From: the human T2T-CHM13v2.0 reference genome, Homo sapiens
Length of the DNA: 64,000 nt
NCBI RefSeq assembly: GCF_009914755.1
Contig: NC_060933.1
Strand: one strand, 5' to 3'
This document shows, piece by piece, positions 1 to 20,190 of this stretch. The translations under genes were made by a program, and so were the position numbers. How positions within the stretch are numbered: the first letter of the stretch is position 1; each line of letters starts with the position of its first letter. The notes below the pieces were generated by a model, which worked only from the letters and a program-made list of their open reading frames with translations, had not been told where the DNA came from and made no database searches.

Positions 1-14
1 TCTGGAAAGGTAGT

Positions 15-215
15 GATGAAGAGCTTGGGCTAAATGAGGGTAAAAATCTCAGCTGTTACTTAGCAACTATATGAACTTGAGCAAATTACTTAACCTTTAA
101 ATCTGTGTCATCTGTAAATAGGAGATACAACAATAGTATTTGCTTCACAGGGCTGCTTGAAGATTAAGAATACATGTAAAGAATTTCACACAAGATCTGA
201 CACACAAAATATTAA
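15..215 (+). mobile_element. MIR SINE
   Basis: gcaaattacttaacc..catctgtaaataggagatac..cttcacagggctg MIR core. Confidence 0.75.
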
Positions 216-493
216 GATCTTAGTGTATGTGCATGTGTTGTGTGTGTGTTTTGTAAGCGCTGCCAAGCATGACTGGCTGATAGGAGACAAAAAGCAGACA
301 GGAAGTTCAAACAGACTAGAAGCAAAGACGTTAACAACTGTGATCTCAAAGTTGTAGAATTATAGGTAATTTTTATGTTTATTATTTATACTCTTATAGA
401 TCTTCCAAGTATTTACCAATAAGCATAAACTATTTCAACAATTAAGAAAAAGTTAATTTTAAATCATGTCTTTCTACTCTGGTTTCTCTTCAG

Positions 494-885
494 ATCATAT
501 AAATCTTTCGCCTTTTAAATCATGTATTAAAAAAAAAGAAAAAGGAAAAACAAAGATTTCTTTTAGATGCAGAATCTACCTACATTCGGCTGAAAATCAG
601 ATGGAAGAATCCACAGAGGAAAGGAAGGAAAGGCGAACTGTCCTGTGGAAAGCACAGCTGCAGGGATAGTAGAAAGTAACAGGCTCTCGATCCGTGGGAG
701 GTGGTCACTTTGGAGGACAGATAAGTCATCCTCAGAGAACGAACACAATGAAGGAAATTCCAGCCTATTCATGTTCTCCTCTCAGGCTGTACCTCAACAA
801 GATCCAACTGGACTTTGTGATCTCATAACCTGTCAAGGGGCCTGGCATGGAGTAGATAATAAATGTTTTTTTTAATCAAATGAAT
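494..885 (+). ncRNA. MIR181A2HG: Probable terminal exon of MIR181A2HG (antisense host lncRNA of miR-181a-2/miR-181b-2)
   Basis: Candidate acceptors tttctactctggtttctcttcag (ends 493) or gatttcttttag (ends 566); AATAAA at 858-863 followed by U-rich sequence. The position about 35 kb from exon 2 fits my recollection of where MIR181A2HG ends. Exact exon start is uncertain. Confidence 0.55.
858..863 (+). terminator. Polyadenylation signal inside an L2 3'-end remnant (~815-885)
   Basis: cctggcatggagtagatAATAAAtgttttt..aatgaat resembles the L2 tail cctggcacatagtaggcgctcaataaatatttgttgaatgaat. Confidence 0.55.
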
Positions 886-2096
886 TTTTAACTTTTTTTA
901 TCAAACGAATTTTCTTGTAATTTCTAGCACAATTATATTTATAACTTAGGAAGTAATCTTCTCCTTGAACCAAGCACAGGATACCTTCAGCTATCTATCT
1001 GTCCCACACATTGCAGTTTCAGCCTATATATAATTTTAATAGCTACCAAATATCAGGATAAAATTATCCTGGCTATACTTGCCACAGAACCCATGAACTT
1101 ACACTGTAGCCCAACTTCCCTTCCTGTTCTTCAGACTAAATCTACTGAAAAACACACAACCAATCAAAATCGTATGCCCTTTTCTCTCCTCTTCCCAGTA
1201 AGTAGTTGGGGCAAAAAACGGTAGGTATAGAAGAAATCGCTTGAAATACAAGAGTCAGAAAATCTGAATTTAAGTTCAGCTAAGTTCAGCTCTGCCCTGA
1301 TTATGTATTCGTGGTCAAGCCAGTCACCCTGTTTAAGTCTTACTTCTCTGTAAAAGGACGACTAAATATACCCTCTCCATCTCAGATGTGAAAAAGCGCT
1401 CTGCAAACAGCACAAGGTATAGGCCAAAGTATCCTAGTCTCTGATGGTGCTGCTCCACAGGTACAGACAAGTAGTTCAGACAAGATCCTCTCACTACCCA
1501 AACTCTTGCCTACTTGTCAACCAGCAGTATATGTGTGCAAGATGTCTGGATAAAGTTAACCCATAACCCAGGGTTAAAAGAAGGCCTTTTCTGCATGTAA
1601 GTGTCATCAGACTGGATGGGAAATATCATTCACTCTAGGTCCATCAGTAGCAACTCCAAACACTTGAGTCACCTCCCAAACAAGAAGTTGCTATTATACT
1701 CTGTAGTGGGGTAGGACACAGGGTAAGGCTTTGGGATTATAAGCTTCCAAGGTGAAGAATAATGACATAGCAAATAATCAGTGGGGCCCCATCTGATCAA
1801 TGAACTTAAATCATTTTGTCAAGACGTCCCTTCCTTTTCCTGCTTCCAGCCAATCTTAAATATTTCTTTAAACAGCTTTGTTTAGGTATAATTCACATGC
1901 AATTAAATTCGCCTGTTGTAAGTGTATAATTCAATGACTTTTATTCATTCATTTATAGACTTGTGCAAGCATCACCAAAATCTAATTTCGAACCTTTGCA
2001 TCACCCATAAAACTCCCTTTGTTCCTGTTTCCACTCCCAACTTAGCCCCCAGACAACCACTGATCTGTCTCTATACATTTGACTTCTCTGGACATT

Positions 2097-4272
<2,176 letters not shown>

Positions 4273-4729
4273 TTTACCAGATATTTAATTTGCAAATATA
4301 TTCCCACAATCTGAAGTTTTCCCATTTTCTTAATAACGTATTTTGAAATGCAAAAGTTTTACATTTTAATGAAGCCAATTCATCAATGAATTTCTTTTAT
4401 GGCTTGTGCCACTGGTGTCACATCTAAGAGGTCTTTGCCTAACCCAAGGTCACAAAGATATGCTTGATACATTTGGTAGTTTTAGCTCTTACATTTAGGT
4501 GTATGGTGCACTCTGAGTTACTTTTTGTGTCTAGTGTAAAATAGAGTCTTAGATAAATTTTTGGCATGTAGATATCCACTTTTCCCAGCATCATTTCTGG
4601 AAAAAAACTATGATTTCCTCCACTGAATTGCCTTGGTATCTTGGTCAAAAATCAAAGGACCACATACATAAGGATTTATGACTGAATTCTCAATTCAGTT
4701 CCAGTGCCTATCCTTACAGCAATTATCAC

Positions 4730-5122
4730 TGATACAGTTTGGATGTCTGTTCCCTCCAAATCATGTTGAAATGTGACCCTCAATGTTGGAGGTGGGGCCT
4801 AATGGGAGGTAGTTGGGTCATGAGGGTAGATCCCTCATGAATGGCCTGGTGCCCTCCCCTCAGTAATGAGTTCTTGTTTTATTAGTTCACACAACAGCTG
4901 GTTGTTTACAGAGCCTGGCACCTCCTCCTCTCTTGCTCTTTCTCTTGCCATGTGATGTGCCTTTTCCCCCCTCATCTTCTGCCATGAGTAAAAGCTTCCT
5001 GCGGCCTCATCAGAAGCCAACAAAATGTTGGTACCATACCTTGTCTCCAGAACCGTAAGTCAAATAAACCTCTTCATAAATTACCCAGTCTCAGGCATTC
5101 CCTTAGAGCAATGCAAAACAGA
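4730..5122 (+). mobile_element. MaLR solo LTR (MST family, MSTB-like), 3' terminus lost
   Basis: tgatacagtttggatgtctgttccctccaaatcatgttgaaatgtga.. and aataaacctcttcataaattacccagtctcagg. Confidence 0.85.
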
Positions 5123-5149
5123 ATTTTGCCTATTCTACGAATAGGCAAA

Positions 5150-9064
<3,915 letters not shown>

Positions 9065-11901
9065 AACAATTTTGTTCCCTTTCCACACTTAGAATGTCAT
9101 CCCATTGCCTTCAGGCATCCATTGCTTTTGATGAGAAGTCAGCCACAAAGCCTATTGTTTTTCCTTATCTATAATGGATCATTTTTTTTCTCGTTGCTTT
9201 CAAGATTTTCTCCTTGTCCTTATCTTTCCACATTTTGACTCTGATGTGTGTTTATCATACTTGGCGTTTATTAGGCTTAAATCTGTAGATTAATGTTTAT
9301 CATCAGATTCAGAAAGTTTTTGCCATTATTTCTTCTAATATTTTCCTGCCCCTTTCTCTCATTCTTCTCCTCCCATGAGTCTCATTACATACACACTTGA
9401 TGTCCCACAGATCTCAGAGGTTCTGTTCCTTTTTCCTCAATCTTTTTTCTCTGTTCTTCATATTGAATATTTTTAATTCATCTATCTACAAGTTCACCAA
9501 TTCTTTCATCACCTCAAACCGGCTGCTGAGTCCCTACTTTTCATTTTAGTTATACTTTTCAACTCCAGTCCAGTGCTTCCATTTTTATTTTCTTATAATT
9601 TCTCTATTGAAATTCTCTATGTACTAGATCACTGTCATCACACTTCCTCTTTTAATTCTTTAAAAGTTGTCCCTTTATTTCTCTGGAATATCTGTAATAG
9701 TTGCATTGAAGTCTTATGTGTGCTAGATCCAACATTTAGGATCACTCAGAGACAGTTTCTACTGTTTTTTTTTTTTTCTTTCCTTAGTATGGGTCAAACT
9801 TTGTTTCTCTACATGTCTTTTAATTTTTGTTGTGATACTAAACATTTAAAACAATGTGCTTTTGGCAACTCTGGATTCTGACTTTTCCCCCACTAAGGTT
9901 GGTGGTGATGATGAGTTGTTTTTTGTTTTGTTTACTAACTTTCCTGCACTAAACCACCAAGTCTGTCTCCTCTGCAATGTGTAGTTCCTGATGGCTCCGG
10001 TTTTTCCCCCCACCTTTTTATTTTGAAGCCTGACTTGCAGGAGATACCCCTCTAACTGTATAGCTTCCTACTCCATTAAAGATTAGTCAGAGATGGTAAT
10101 CAACCACCTTGAGCTCTTTCACTACCTGCTGCTGCAACTATGGTCAGGATAAGGGGAGCACACTCACACTTCAGGCCTTCACGTCTGTTCCAGTTACTTT
10201 TTGCTTGGCTTTCCCACACATCTTTGCATTGGTCAGGGATGTGTGGTAGTCTGGGCTCACACAGGTGTCTGATGTGCATAAATACTCCAACCCAGGATAT
10301 TCGGAGAGCTTATCAAGCCCCTTGAAACTGTCTCACCTACCAGACCTCCTTGTTAAAGCCCTGGCTAGTCTACTGGCCCACTGTTTATCCTAAACAGAAC
10401 TGCAACCTCAGAGTAGCAGATTTGCTGGCCCTGTTTCACTTGCCACAAAGATCATCAAATTTAACTGACAACATTCCAAATCAAGAAAGCTCCCTCCTGC
10501 AGCAGTCATAAAGCTACTGGTTTTCACCGCCAGCCCCACCCTGGTTGAACTACTGCACTGTCAGGGCTGGGAGAAATAGGAACAGGCCCAGGCAACACGA
10601 CAAAACTCCTGCTGTTCTTACCCCAAGTACAGTGGTTTTCATGAATAAATGCTTCTCAATTTGTTTTAAGCCTTTGCTGTTTTTGAAAATTTGGGGAGAG
10701 AGAATTTTTTGACCTCCTCATTCACTCATGCCAGATATAAATGTCTTTGGCACCCAAACTGCTTAAATACAACTTAATCTCAAAATTTCACTTAGGAGGG
10801 AAAACTTCCAGAGGAAGGCAGAGGTATAAACTCATCTTGGGATTATGGAATCATTTTCAGTTCCAGAAAGCAACAGCCCAAAACTGTAAAGAGTTATTTT
10901 CAATTCTCTCTTCCCAAAAGCCATAACTACTGGAGTCTTTAGTGCCTTCCATGTGTATATATAAGCTGGACAAGCCCCAGGGCCAATGATGACTAGGGCA
11001 AAAGTACACAATCTCAGACTTTATCACCAGTTAGGTACTCAAATAGGTCCCAGGCAAAGTAGTACACTGAGTGTTACAGCTGGCCTTGGTCACTATGATT
11101 AAGCCCATCAGCATGCCTTGATGGCTATCATGGGTCCCTTTCCCACTGGCCCAGGTCTTAACTCTCAGCCCATCTGGTCATTAGCATTCCAAGACCAAGA
11201 GCTCTGGGTCTTAAAGCTTATACCCACAGCCAGTAACTGCGTGACCTGAATATATCTCTCTTCTACTTGCCAAATGTCAAGCATCAATTAATACCTGGAT
11301 TCTCACTGCATTTCTCAGATCCCCATCCTCTCTCATCTCAGGCCCAGCAAATAATTCCTAATTAATCCATTAATCTATGCCCCTGAGTTTTCCCTGTCTG
11401 CTCATTGTCCTGGCTCAAATACCAGATTCCATAGTCAGTTTCCAGAATCTCCATCCTGCCTATTTCCTGACTGAAGTAATCATGTCAGATAATTTCTCTG
11501 TTCTATTTATATTCTCCTTAGAATACTTCTACAGCTTCTACTGAATAGTCAATTTACCATAGCTCCTGAAAGGACAAATGGACCCTGATCCAATCTGGGC
11601 TTATACTCCTTCCTAAGTGTTTACAATTTGAACACAAATACTTTAGTTAGTCTGTGTCAAGCATGGGTGCTAGAAGGCTATGTGACATGCCAGGGGAGGG
11701 GAGGGGCAGCCATTTTCCATCATGGACACAGAAGCGAGGAGTATCAGTCTAAAGAAGTTATCAACCAGAGGCACTAGAAAAAGCAGAAATGAGACTCCAC
11801 ATAGCCACAGAGAGATGGAAAAGAAATCCTGGCCTTGGTTCTTCATGAAATTCAATTGCATGCTCTGCCATTGAGCCCCAAGAGAAAACAAATACTTTTG
11901 C

Positions 11902-12210
11902 ACCAGGTGGGTTGGCGCACACCTGTAATCTCAGCACTTTGGGAGGCCAAGGCGGGCAGATCACTTGAGGTCAGGAGTTCGAGACCAGCCTGACCAACAC
12001 GGTGAAACCCTGTCTCTACTAAAAATACAAAAAATTAGCTGGGAAAGGTGGCAGGCACCTATAACCCCAGCTACTCGGGAGGCTGAGGCAGGAGAATCGC
12101 TTGAACCTTGCCTGAACCCAGGAGGCAGAGGTTGCAGTGAGCCAAGATCATGCCACTGCACTCCAGCCTGAGCAACAAAGTGAGATTCCATCTCGAAAAA
12201 AAAAAAAAAA
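11902..12210 (+). mobile_element. AluS, inserted in a probable old MLT1-type LTR remnant (~11650-12280)
   Basis: Full Alu with A-tail. Flanks (gcagccattttc, gtgtttctgttccttgc) resemble MLT1; that part is low confidence. Confidence 0.9.
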
Positions 12211-12644
12211 GAAACCCAGTACTTTCTAACAATGTCCCTATTTTAAACTAGCTTGAGAGTGTTTCTGTTCCTTGCCATTGAACTACTCCAGAGAAAAGAG
12301 AATCACTCAATCCCATAATTAATATTATTTTGATGAAAATGGAAAATGTTTAGGGCTTGGTTTTTTACTGCATCTTAGTTATGCTGGACAACTGAGGGGC
12401 CAAATGATCAGACACGAGACAAGTCAACAAAAGTCTCCGCACAAAATCATTACATGAAGGACTTTATTTCCTTCTCGATGACATAGAACTTCTCCATTCA
12501 ACGTAACAGAAAAACAATTCCTTAAAAAAATCATTTGGTTATTAAAAGTCACAAATAATAATTCTGTCAACAGAACTGACCACATGTAGTAATCCTACCA
12601 ACTGTATCAGAACTATTATAAACACCTGTGAATACACAATGAAA

Positions 12645-12668
12645 CACACACACACACATACACACACA
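12645..12668. repeat. (CA)n microsatellite
   Basis: cacacacacacacatacacacaca. Confidence 0.9.
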
Positions 12669-13432
12669 ATGTTGAGGTTTTGCTTTAAGTCACAGAAAAA
12701 ACACCCCCTTTCTATTTCACATTTAGCATCAAAGGTTCATTGCAATGAGCCTCAGCCTAAGGCTATTTTTCTACCTTATCCTCCTCCTTCCCAACCTCTT
12801 AGCCCCATGATTCTCAAGGTATAAAGGATCTTCCTGGTGAATTAATCCAACATTCATCCATCTTATGAGTGACTGGTGTTCAGTTTATTTCTGCCTGTGA
12901 TTAAAAGCTACATGCAAGTAACTTGTTAAGTGACTATTAATACAATTCAATGTTTATAAACGAATGAGACTCTAGTATTCTACTAAGCCTAGTTGCCAAA
13001 AATGGGTGGAAAAGTTGCAAAGATCCTTCCGCAATTGCACACGTAAGATCAGCTGGAAATCTTACAGTTCTCAGAAGAACTCCATTATCACTGTTGAGGA
13101 AATTAGTGGTAGTTTTCAATTGCTGCTATTTTTGCTTTACTCTTCAATTACAGTTCATTCAGCATCATCATTTTCAAGTTAGTTTGATTCATGTGGTGTA
13201 TAATGATAGGTATTACATTAACAGTATCCTTATTTTGAAATTTTCCAGTAATTAAATCTTGACATGCATATGTCATGTTTCAAATATGAACCATACCCAA
13301 TTGTTAAAGCGCATCTATCATCCTTACTCCAAGCCTATTTGTACATAATAGTCCACTGCCAATGAATAATTATGAACCGGAAAGCAGGAACATGCAAGTT
13401 AAGTAGATTTTTACATGCCTAAGTCAGCTAAG

Positions 13433-13436
<4 letters not shown>

Positions 13437-13464
<28 letters not shown>
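13437..13464. repeat. Isolated A28 mononucleotide run
   Basis: 28 consecutive A with no adjacent SINE body. Confidence 0.9.
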
Positions 13465-13467
<3 letters not shown>

Positions 13468-14575
13468 GGCATCTTTGCCATAACCAAGCAATCTATTCTA
13501 GCCTGCCAGGTCACACTGTTTACACCCTAGTGGTCTTCCCCAAACATTATCTTAATTTTCACAGCCCTATAAATTCTATCCACCACTTCATGGAATCTCA
13601 CACCCCCTTAACTGATCTTCTTCCTTCACCACTGCCTTAAACAATTCCTTGCCAAAGAAAATCTGTTCTCCTATTTCCATTTAAAAAAAAAAAAAGCCAC
13701 ATCTTAGACAACATTCACAAACACTCCTTTATCCATGCCCAAGGAATGGAGTGTCAGACCCAAAAATGGCGAGGAGCCATTAATGCCTCTCCCTGAAATC
13801 TCTCTGCAAGTAGATTTCTTCTTTTTATCATTAATAAAGTAGGTTTCAGGCACATCCTTCTCACCCCATCCCCAAACTCAGATCCCCTTGCATTAAGGGT
13901 CTACTCTATTACTTTAACCTTCTGTCCCTATTACCTCCTACTGCCAATATTCAAAGAAAAGTGACCACTGGATACCCACTGAGTAAGTCAAGATTTTCAA
14001 GCTTGAGAGGCAAGAGAAGTGAGACAGGGAAATGAATTCCCATGTGTCTTTATTGTTAAGATACAGAGTCTCACTATGCTGCCCAGGCTGGTCTTGAACT
14101 CTGCAGCTCAAAAAATCCTCTTGCCTCAGCCTCCTGAGGAGCTGGGACTATAGGCCCCATATATTTTTAGAGTTTTTGTACATGCTCTTAGAATGACCTA
14201 AGGGTATACAACTCCCTTCTCCAAGATTTTGAAGCCTAGCTGTACCAGAAAATCTTGTTCCGAGTTTTGCAAGCACAGGTTTTCTATTTTTCAGTCTGAG
14301 TGCTCTTCCCTCTTTGGTTAGGGCCTGTTGCCACCTAATGGACAAAACTGGCATACCCACCAATACATTAACACAGGTTCTCACCTCTGTGCTTCCAGAA
14401 TAGACCACTAGATGGAGACTTAAAAACTGAAGGAGGAGGAGAGAGCGCTTATGCCCATCTAGAAAGCCTATTAGTTGGTTTATGACTACACGAAAAATTA
14501 AACTAATGCAGATTCAACAAATAAAAGGGAATATGCCCAAAATGAGAAATTAAGGAAAAATAAAAGTCTTCTGGA

Positions 14576-14870
14576 GGCTGGGTGTAATGGCTCACACCTG
14601 TAATCCCAGCACTTTGGGAGGCCGAGGCAAGGGGACCACTTGAGGCCAGGAGCTGGAGACCGGACTGGTCAACAGGGCGAAACCCCTTCTCTACTAAAAA
14701 TACAAAAATTAGCCAGGTAGGTGACACACGCCTGTAGTCCCAGCTACTCAGGAGGCTAAGGCACAAGAATCGCCTGAACCTGGGAGGCGAAGGATGCAGT
14801 GAGCCAAGATCACGCCACTGCACTCCAGCCTGGGCGACAGAACAAGACCCTGTCTCAAAAAAAAAAAAAA
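14576..14870 (+). mobile_element. Alu
   Basis: Full dimer; TSD aaaagtctt. Confidence 0.95.
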
Positions 14871-17166
14871 GTCTTTTGAAGGCAGTATGGCACCAAGATT
14901 AAAACATAGGTTTTGGCTCTTCTACACATAATCACAAAAATCCATTAACAAAATATTACCAAGTTGAATTCAGCAACACTGGAAAATTATAATACATCAC
15001 TGACCACATGAGGTCTATTTCAGCATTAAAAGGCTAGCCTGAGTTTCAAAATTCAATCAGTGTAATTCACCATATTAAGTCTAAACAATCTAGATGGAGA
15101 ATTGGTATGAAAACATAACTGATTTACAGATTAGTAATTAATTATTAATCTGAAAACAACACCACTCATGATAAAAAAAACTCTTAGCAAACTAGCAACA
15201 GCATTTTCTCAAGTTGATAAAGGGCATCTACAAAAACCCTACAGCTTCCTGATTTCAAAATTTACTACAAAGCTACAGTAATCAAAACAGTCTGGTATTA
15301 CCATAATGACAGACATAGACCAATGGAATAAAATAGGGAGCCCAGTACTAAACCCTCATATATATGGTCAAACAATTTTTGTCAAGGTTACCAAGACCAC
15401 TCAATGGAGAAAGAATAATCACATGGTACTGATAAAATAATATCCACATGAGAAAAAAATGAAGCTGGCCTTTACCTTTATACCATACACAAAAATTAAC
15501 TCAAAATCGATCAAAGACTTAAACATAAGCCCTAAACTATAAAACTTTTAGAAAAAAAAAACAGGAGATAGCTTCATGACAATGGGTTTGGCAATGGTTT
15601 ATTGGATATGATACAAAAAGCATAGGCAACAAAAGAAAAAACTGCTCGATAACATGAAAATGTAAAACTTTTGTGCATCGACGGACACAACAGAATGAAA
15701 AAGCAACCTGCAGAATGGATGAAAATATTTGCAAATCATGTATCTGTTAAGAGATTAATATACAGAACACAGAAAGAACTCGTATAACTGAAACAAAAAC
15801 CCATAAAGAATCCAATTAAATAGGCAAAAGACCTCAATAAACATTTCTCCAAAGAAGACACACAAATGGTCAATAAGCACATGAAAAGATGCTCAATATC
15901 ACTAATCATTAGGGAAATGCAAATCAAAGCCACAATGAGATATTGTCTCACAACCATTAGGAGAGCTACTATCAAAAACACAGTAAATAAGTGTTGGTGA
16001 GGATGTGGAGAAATTGGAACCCTAGAGCACTGCTGATGAGAACGTAAAGTGGGGCGGCAGCTATGGAAAACAGTATGGTGATTCCTGAAAAATTAAAAAC
16101 AGAATTACCATAGGGTCCAGCAATTCCACTTCCAGGTATACACCCCAAAGAATTGAAAGTAGGGACTTGAAGAGAGACATCCATGTATACTCATGTTTAC
16201 AGCAGCATTATTCACAATAACCAAATGGTGAAAGCAACCCAAGTGTCCATCAATAGGTGAATGGATCAACAAAATGTGGTATATACATACAATGCAATCT
16301 TATTCAGCCTCAAAAATGAAGGAAATTCTAACACTATACAACATAGATAAACTTTAGGCACATTATGCTAAGGGAAATAAGCCAGTTACAAAAGGACAAA
16401 ACTGTATGATTCCACTTAAATGAGGTACCTAGAGTAGACAAATTCATAGAGACAAAAAGTAGAATGGTGGTTACCAGGAGCAGGGGAGAATGGTTATTGT
16501 TAATGGGTACAGAGCTTCAGTTTTGCAATATGAGAAGAGTTATGTGGATGGATGCTGGTGATAGCTGCACAACCAGTGTGAATGTACTTAATGCCACTGA
16601 CCAGCACATTTAAATATGGTTAAGATGGTAAATGCTACGTCATGTATATTTTACCAGAACTCTACAAAATAAAAGAAAGCCCAATAGAGGTGTCATCATA
16701 CTTGATACTGAAATTGAACTCCTTCCCCCTAAGATTAAGAACAAGGTGAGAACATCACTCTCACCATTTCTATCTATCATTGTACTGGAAATCTTAGCCA
16801 GTGCAATAAGAAAAATAAATAAGTCATAAACATCAAAAAGGAAGAAGTAAACTCTCTTTATTCACAGATGTACACATAAAAAGTCCCAAGAAATTTATTT
16901 TTTAAAGTTACTAGAACTAACAAATTTAACAATGTCACAAGATACAAATACATAAAAATCAACTGCATTTATATATACTAGCAACAATTGGAAAATAAAA
17001 TTTAAAAATAATATCATTTACTATAACATTAAAAAACAAAATACTTAAGGATAAAGATGTATAAGATCTCAACACTAAACTTTTTAAAACACTAACAAGA
17101 AAAAAGAAAGATGACCTAAATAAGGAGAAAGATACACTGACTTCGTAGATTAGAAGACTCAACATT

Positions 17167-18460
<1,294 letters not shown>

Positions 18461-18880
18461 TAAAATGTAATGAAGAAAGCCTTTTCAACAAATGGTGCCA
18501 AACAAATGAATATTCATATTAAAAAGACTTTCATTCCTACCTCATAATACAGAAAAAACAAATTTGAGATCCATTATTATAGACATAGATGTAAAAGCTA
18601 AAATAATACTGTTTCTAGTAGAAAATATAGCATATCTCTGCAATCTCAGGTTAGGCCAAGATTTGTAGAGAGGGCACAGAAAATGTTAATCATAAATTAA
18701 TAAATTGGACTTCATAAAAATTTTAAAGTTCTGTTCCTCACAAAACATGTTAAAAAGTAAAAAGGAGCCACAGACTAGGAGAAAATATTTACAACACATA
18801 TCTGACGGACTTATATGTTATATGTAGAATAACAAACACCCACCACTCGACAGTTGAACAAAACACATGAATTTCTTTTT

Positions 18881-19184
18881 TATTTATTTATGTTTTTTGA
18901 GACCAAGTCCCGTTCTGTCATCCAGGCTGCAATGCAGTGGTGCAATCTTGGCTCACTGCAACCTCCACCTTTCAGGTTCAAGCAATTCTTGTGCCACAGC
19001 CTCCTGAGTAGCTGGGATTACAGGCAGGCACCACCACACCCAGCTAATTTTTGTATTTTTAGTAGAGACGGGGTTTCGCCATGTTGCCTTGCCCACACTG
19101 GTCTCGAACTCCTGGGCTCAAGCAATCCACCTGCCTTGGCCTCTCCAAGTGTTGATATTACAGGCGTGAGCCACTGCACTCAGC
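18881..19184 (-). mobile_element. Alu
   Basis: TSD acatgaattt. Confidence 0.95.
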
Positions 19185-19984
19185 CACATGAATTTACCAA
19201 AAGATTTGAACACTTTTAAGAGATGACACATGAATGACCAATAAGTACATGAAAACGTGACCAATATTATTAGTCATCAAGAAATGCAAGTTTAAACCAC
19301 ATCAATCCTATTACAATGCTCACTAGAGTGACTAAAATTTTAAAAACTAGCAATAACAAATGCTTGCAAAGATGTGAAACTGAAACTCATATACTACTGG
19401 AACTAAGATGTATGAACATCTGGGAAATCTGTTCGGAAATTTCATAAAAAGTTTAACATATACCATATCACCCAGTAATTCCTAGATGTATGACTAAGAG
19501 AAATAAAAACACAGGTCCATAAAAACCTTATACAAGAAATTTTATAGCTGCTTTATTCATAATAACCAAAAATTAGAAGCAGCCCAGGTATCAACAGGTA
19601 AATAAACTATGGTACGGTCAAAGGAATACTCCTCAACAATAAAAAGAAATGAACTACTAACACCAGCAACACATAGATGAGTCTCAAACATCATGCTGAA
19701 ACAAGCACGAAAGAGCACATATTGTATGACCATATATACATGACATTTTAGAAAACAGGCAAAACTAATCTATCATGATGGAAACCAGAAGTTATTGCTT
19801 TTTGGGGTAAGTAGTGGGATGGACTGGGAAAAGTAAAAGGGAATTTTCTGAAGGGATGGAAATGTTCTGTATCTTGATAGAATGTGGATTACTAGGGTGC
19901 ACACATTTATAAAAATGCTTAACCTTAACACTTTAGATCTATGCGTTTCATTGCATGTAAGTCACGCCTCAATTTTAAAAAGAT

Positions 19985-20190
19985 AAGGACATGGACTTTG
20001 GGATCACACAGGGTTCATCTCTGCCACTTACCAGCTGTGTGACCTTGGCCAAGTGTTAAACTGTCAGTTTCCTCATCTGTAAAATGGGGCAGAACAAGAG
20101 TTGAGAATAACCTTGTAGAGCTGCCAGGAAGAGTAAATGAGATAAATGTTTTAAAGTCATTAACATACAGTAAATGCTCATCAAATATTA
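19985..20190 (+). mobile_element. MIR SINE (antisense to NR6A1; hosts the 45-nt cassette exon)
   Basis: ctctgccacttaccagctgtgtgaccttggccaagt..cagtttcctcatctgtaaaatgggg matches the MIR core closely. Confidence 0.92.
20032..20076 (-). CDS. NR6A1: Putative MIR-derived 45-nt cassette exon of NR6A1, orthologous to mouse Nr6a1 exon 3
   Basis: ctcttgttctgccccattttacag|ATGAGGAAACTGACAGTTTAACACTTGGCCAAGGTCACACAGCTG|gtaagt. Spliced after exon 2 it reads NEETDSLTLGQGHTA versus the recalled mouse NGETDSLTLGQGHIP. 45 nt, phase 1-1, no stop. Inclusion in human mRNA is not shown by the sequence. Confidence 0.7.

Noticed and set aside
50-120. MIR as a cryptic minus-strand exon
   Set aside because: Acceptor is present but the MIR donor GT is mutated (ctaagt).
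1271-1291. Short tandem duplications (taagttcagc x2; also catttgacaaaaag x2 near 41862-41890 and tatcttg repeats near 24850)
   Set aside because: Ordinary slippage products with no spacer structure; not CRISPR-like.
12849-12857. aacattcat, resembling the 5' end of miR-181b
   Set aside because: Only a 9-nt match with no hairpin; the miR-181a-2/b-2 hairpins were not found and should lie upstream of the window.
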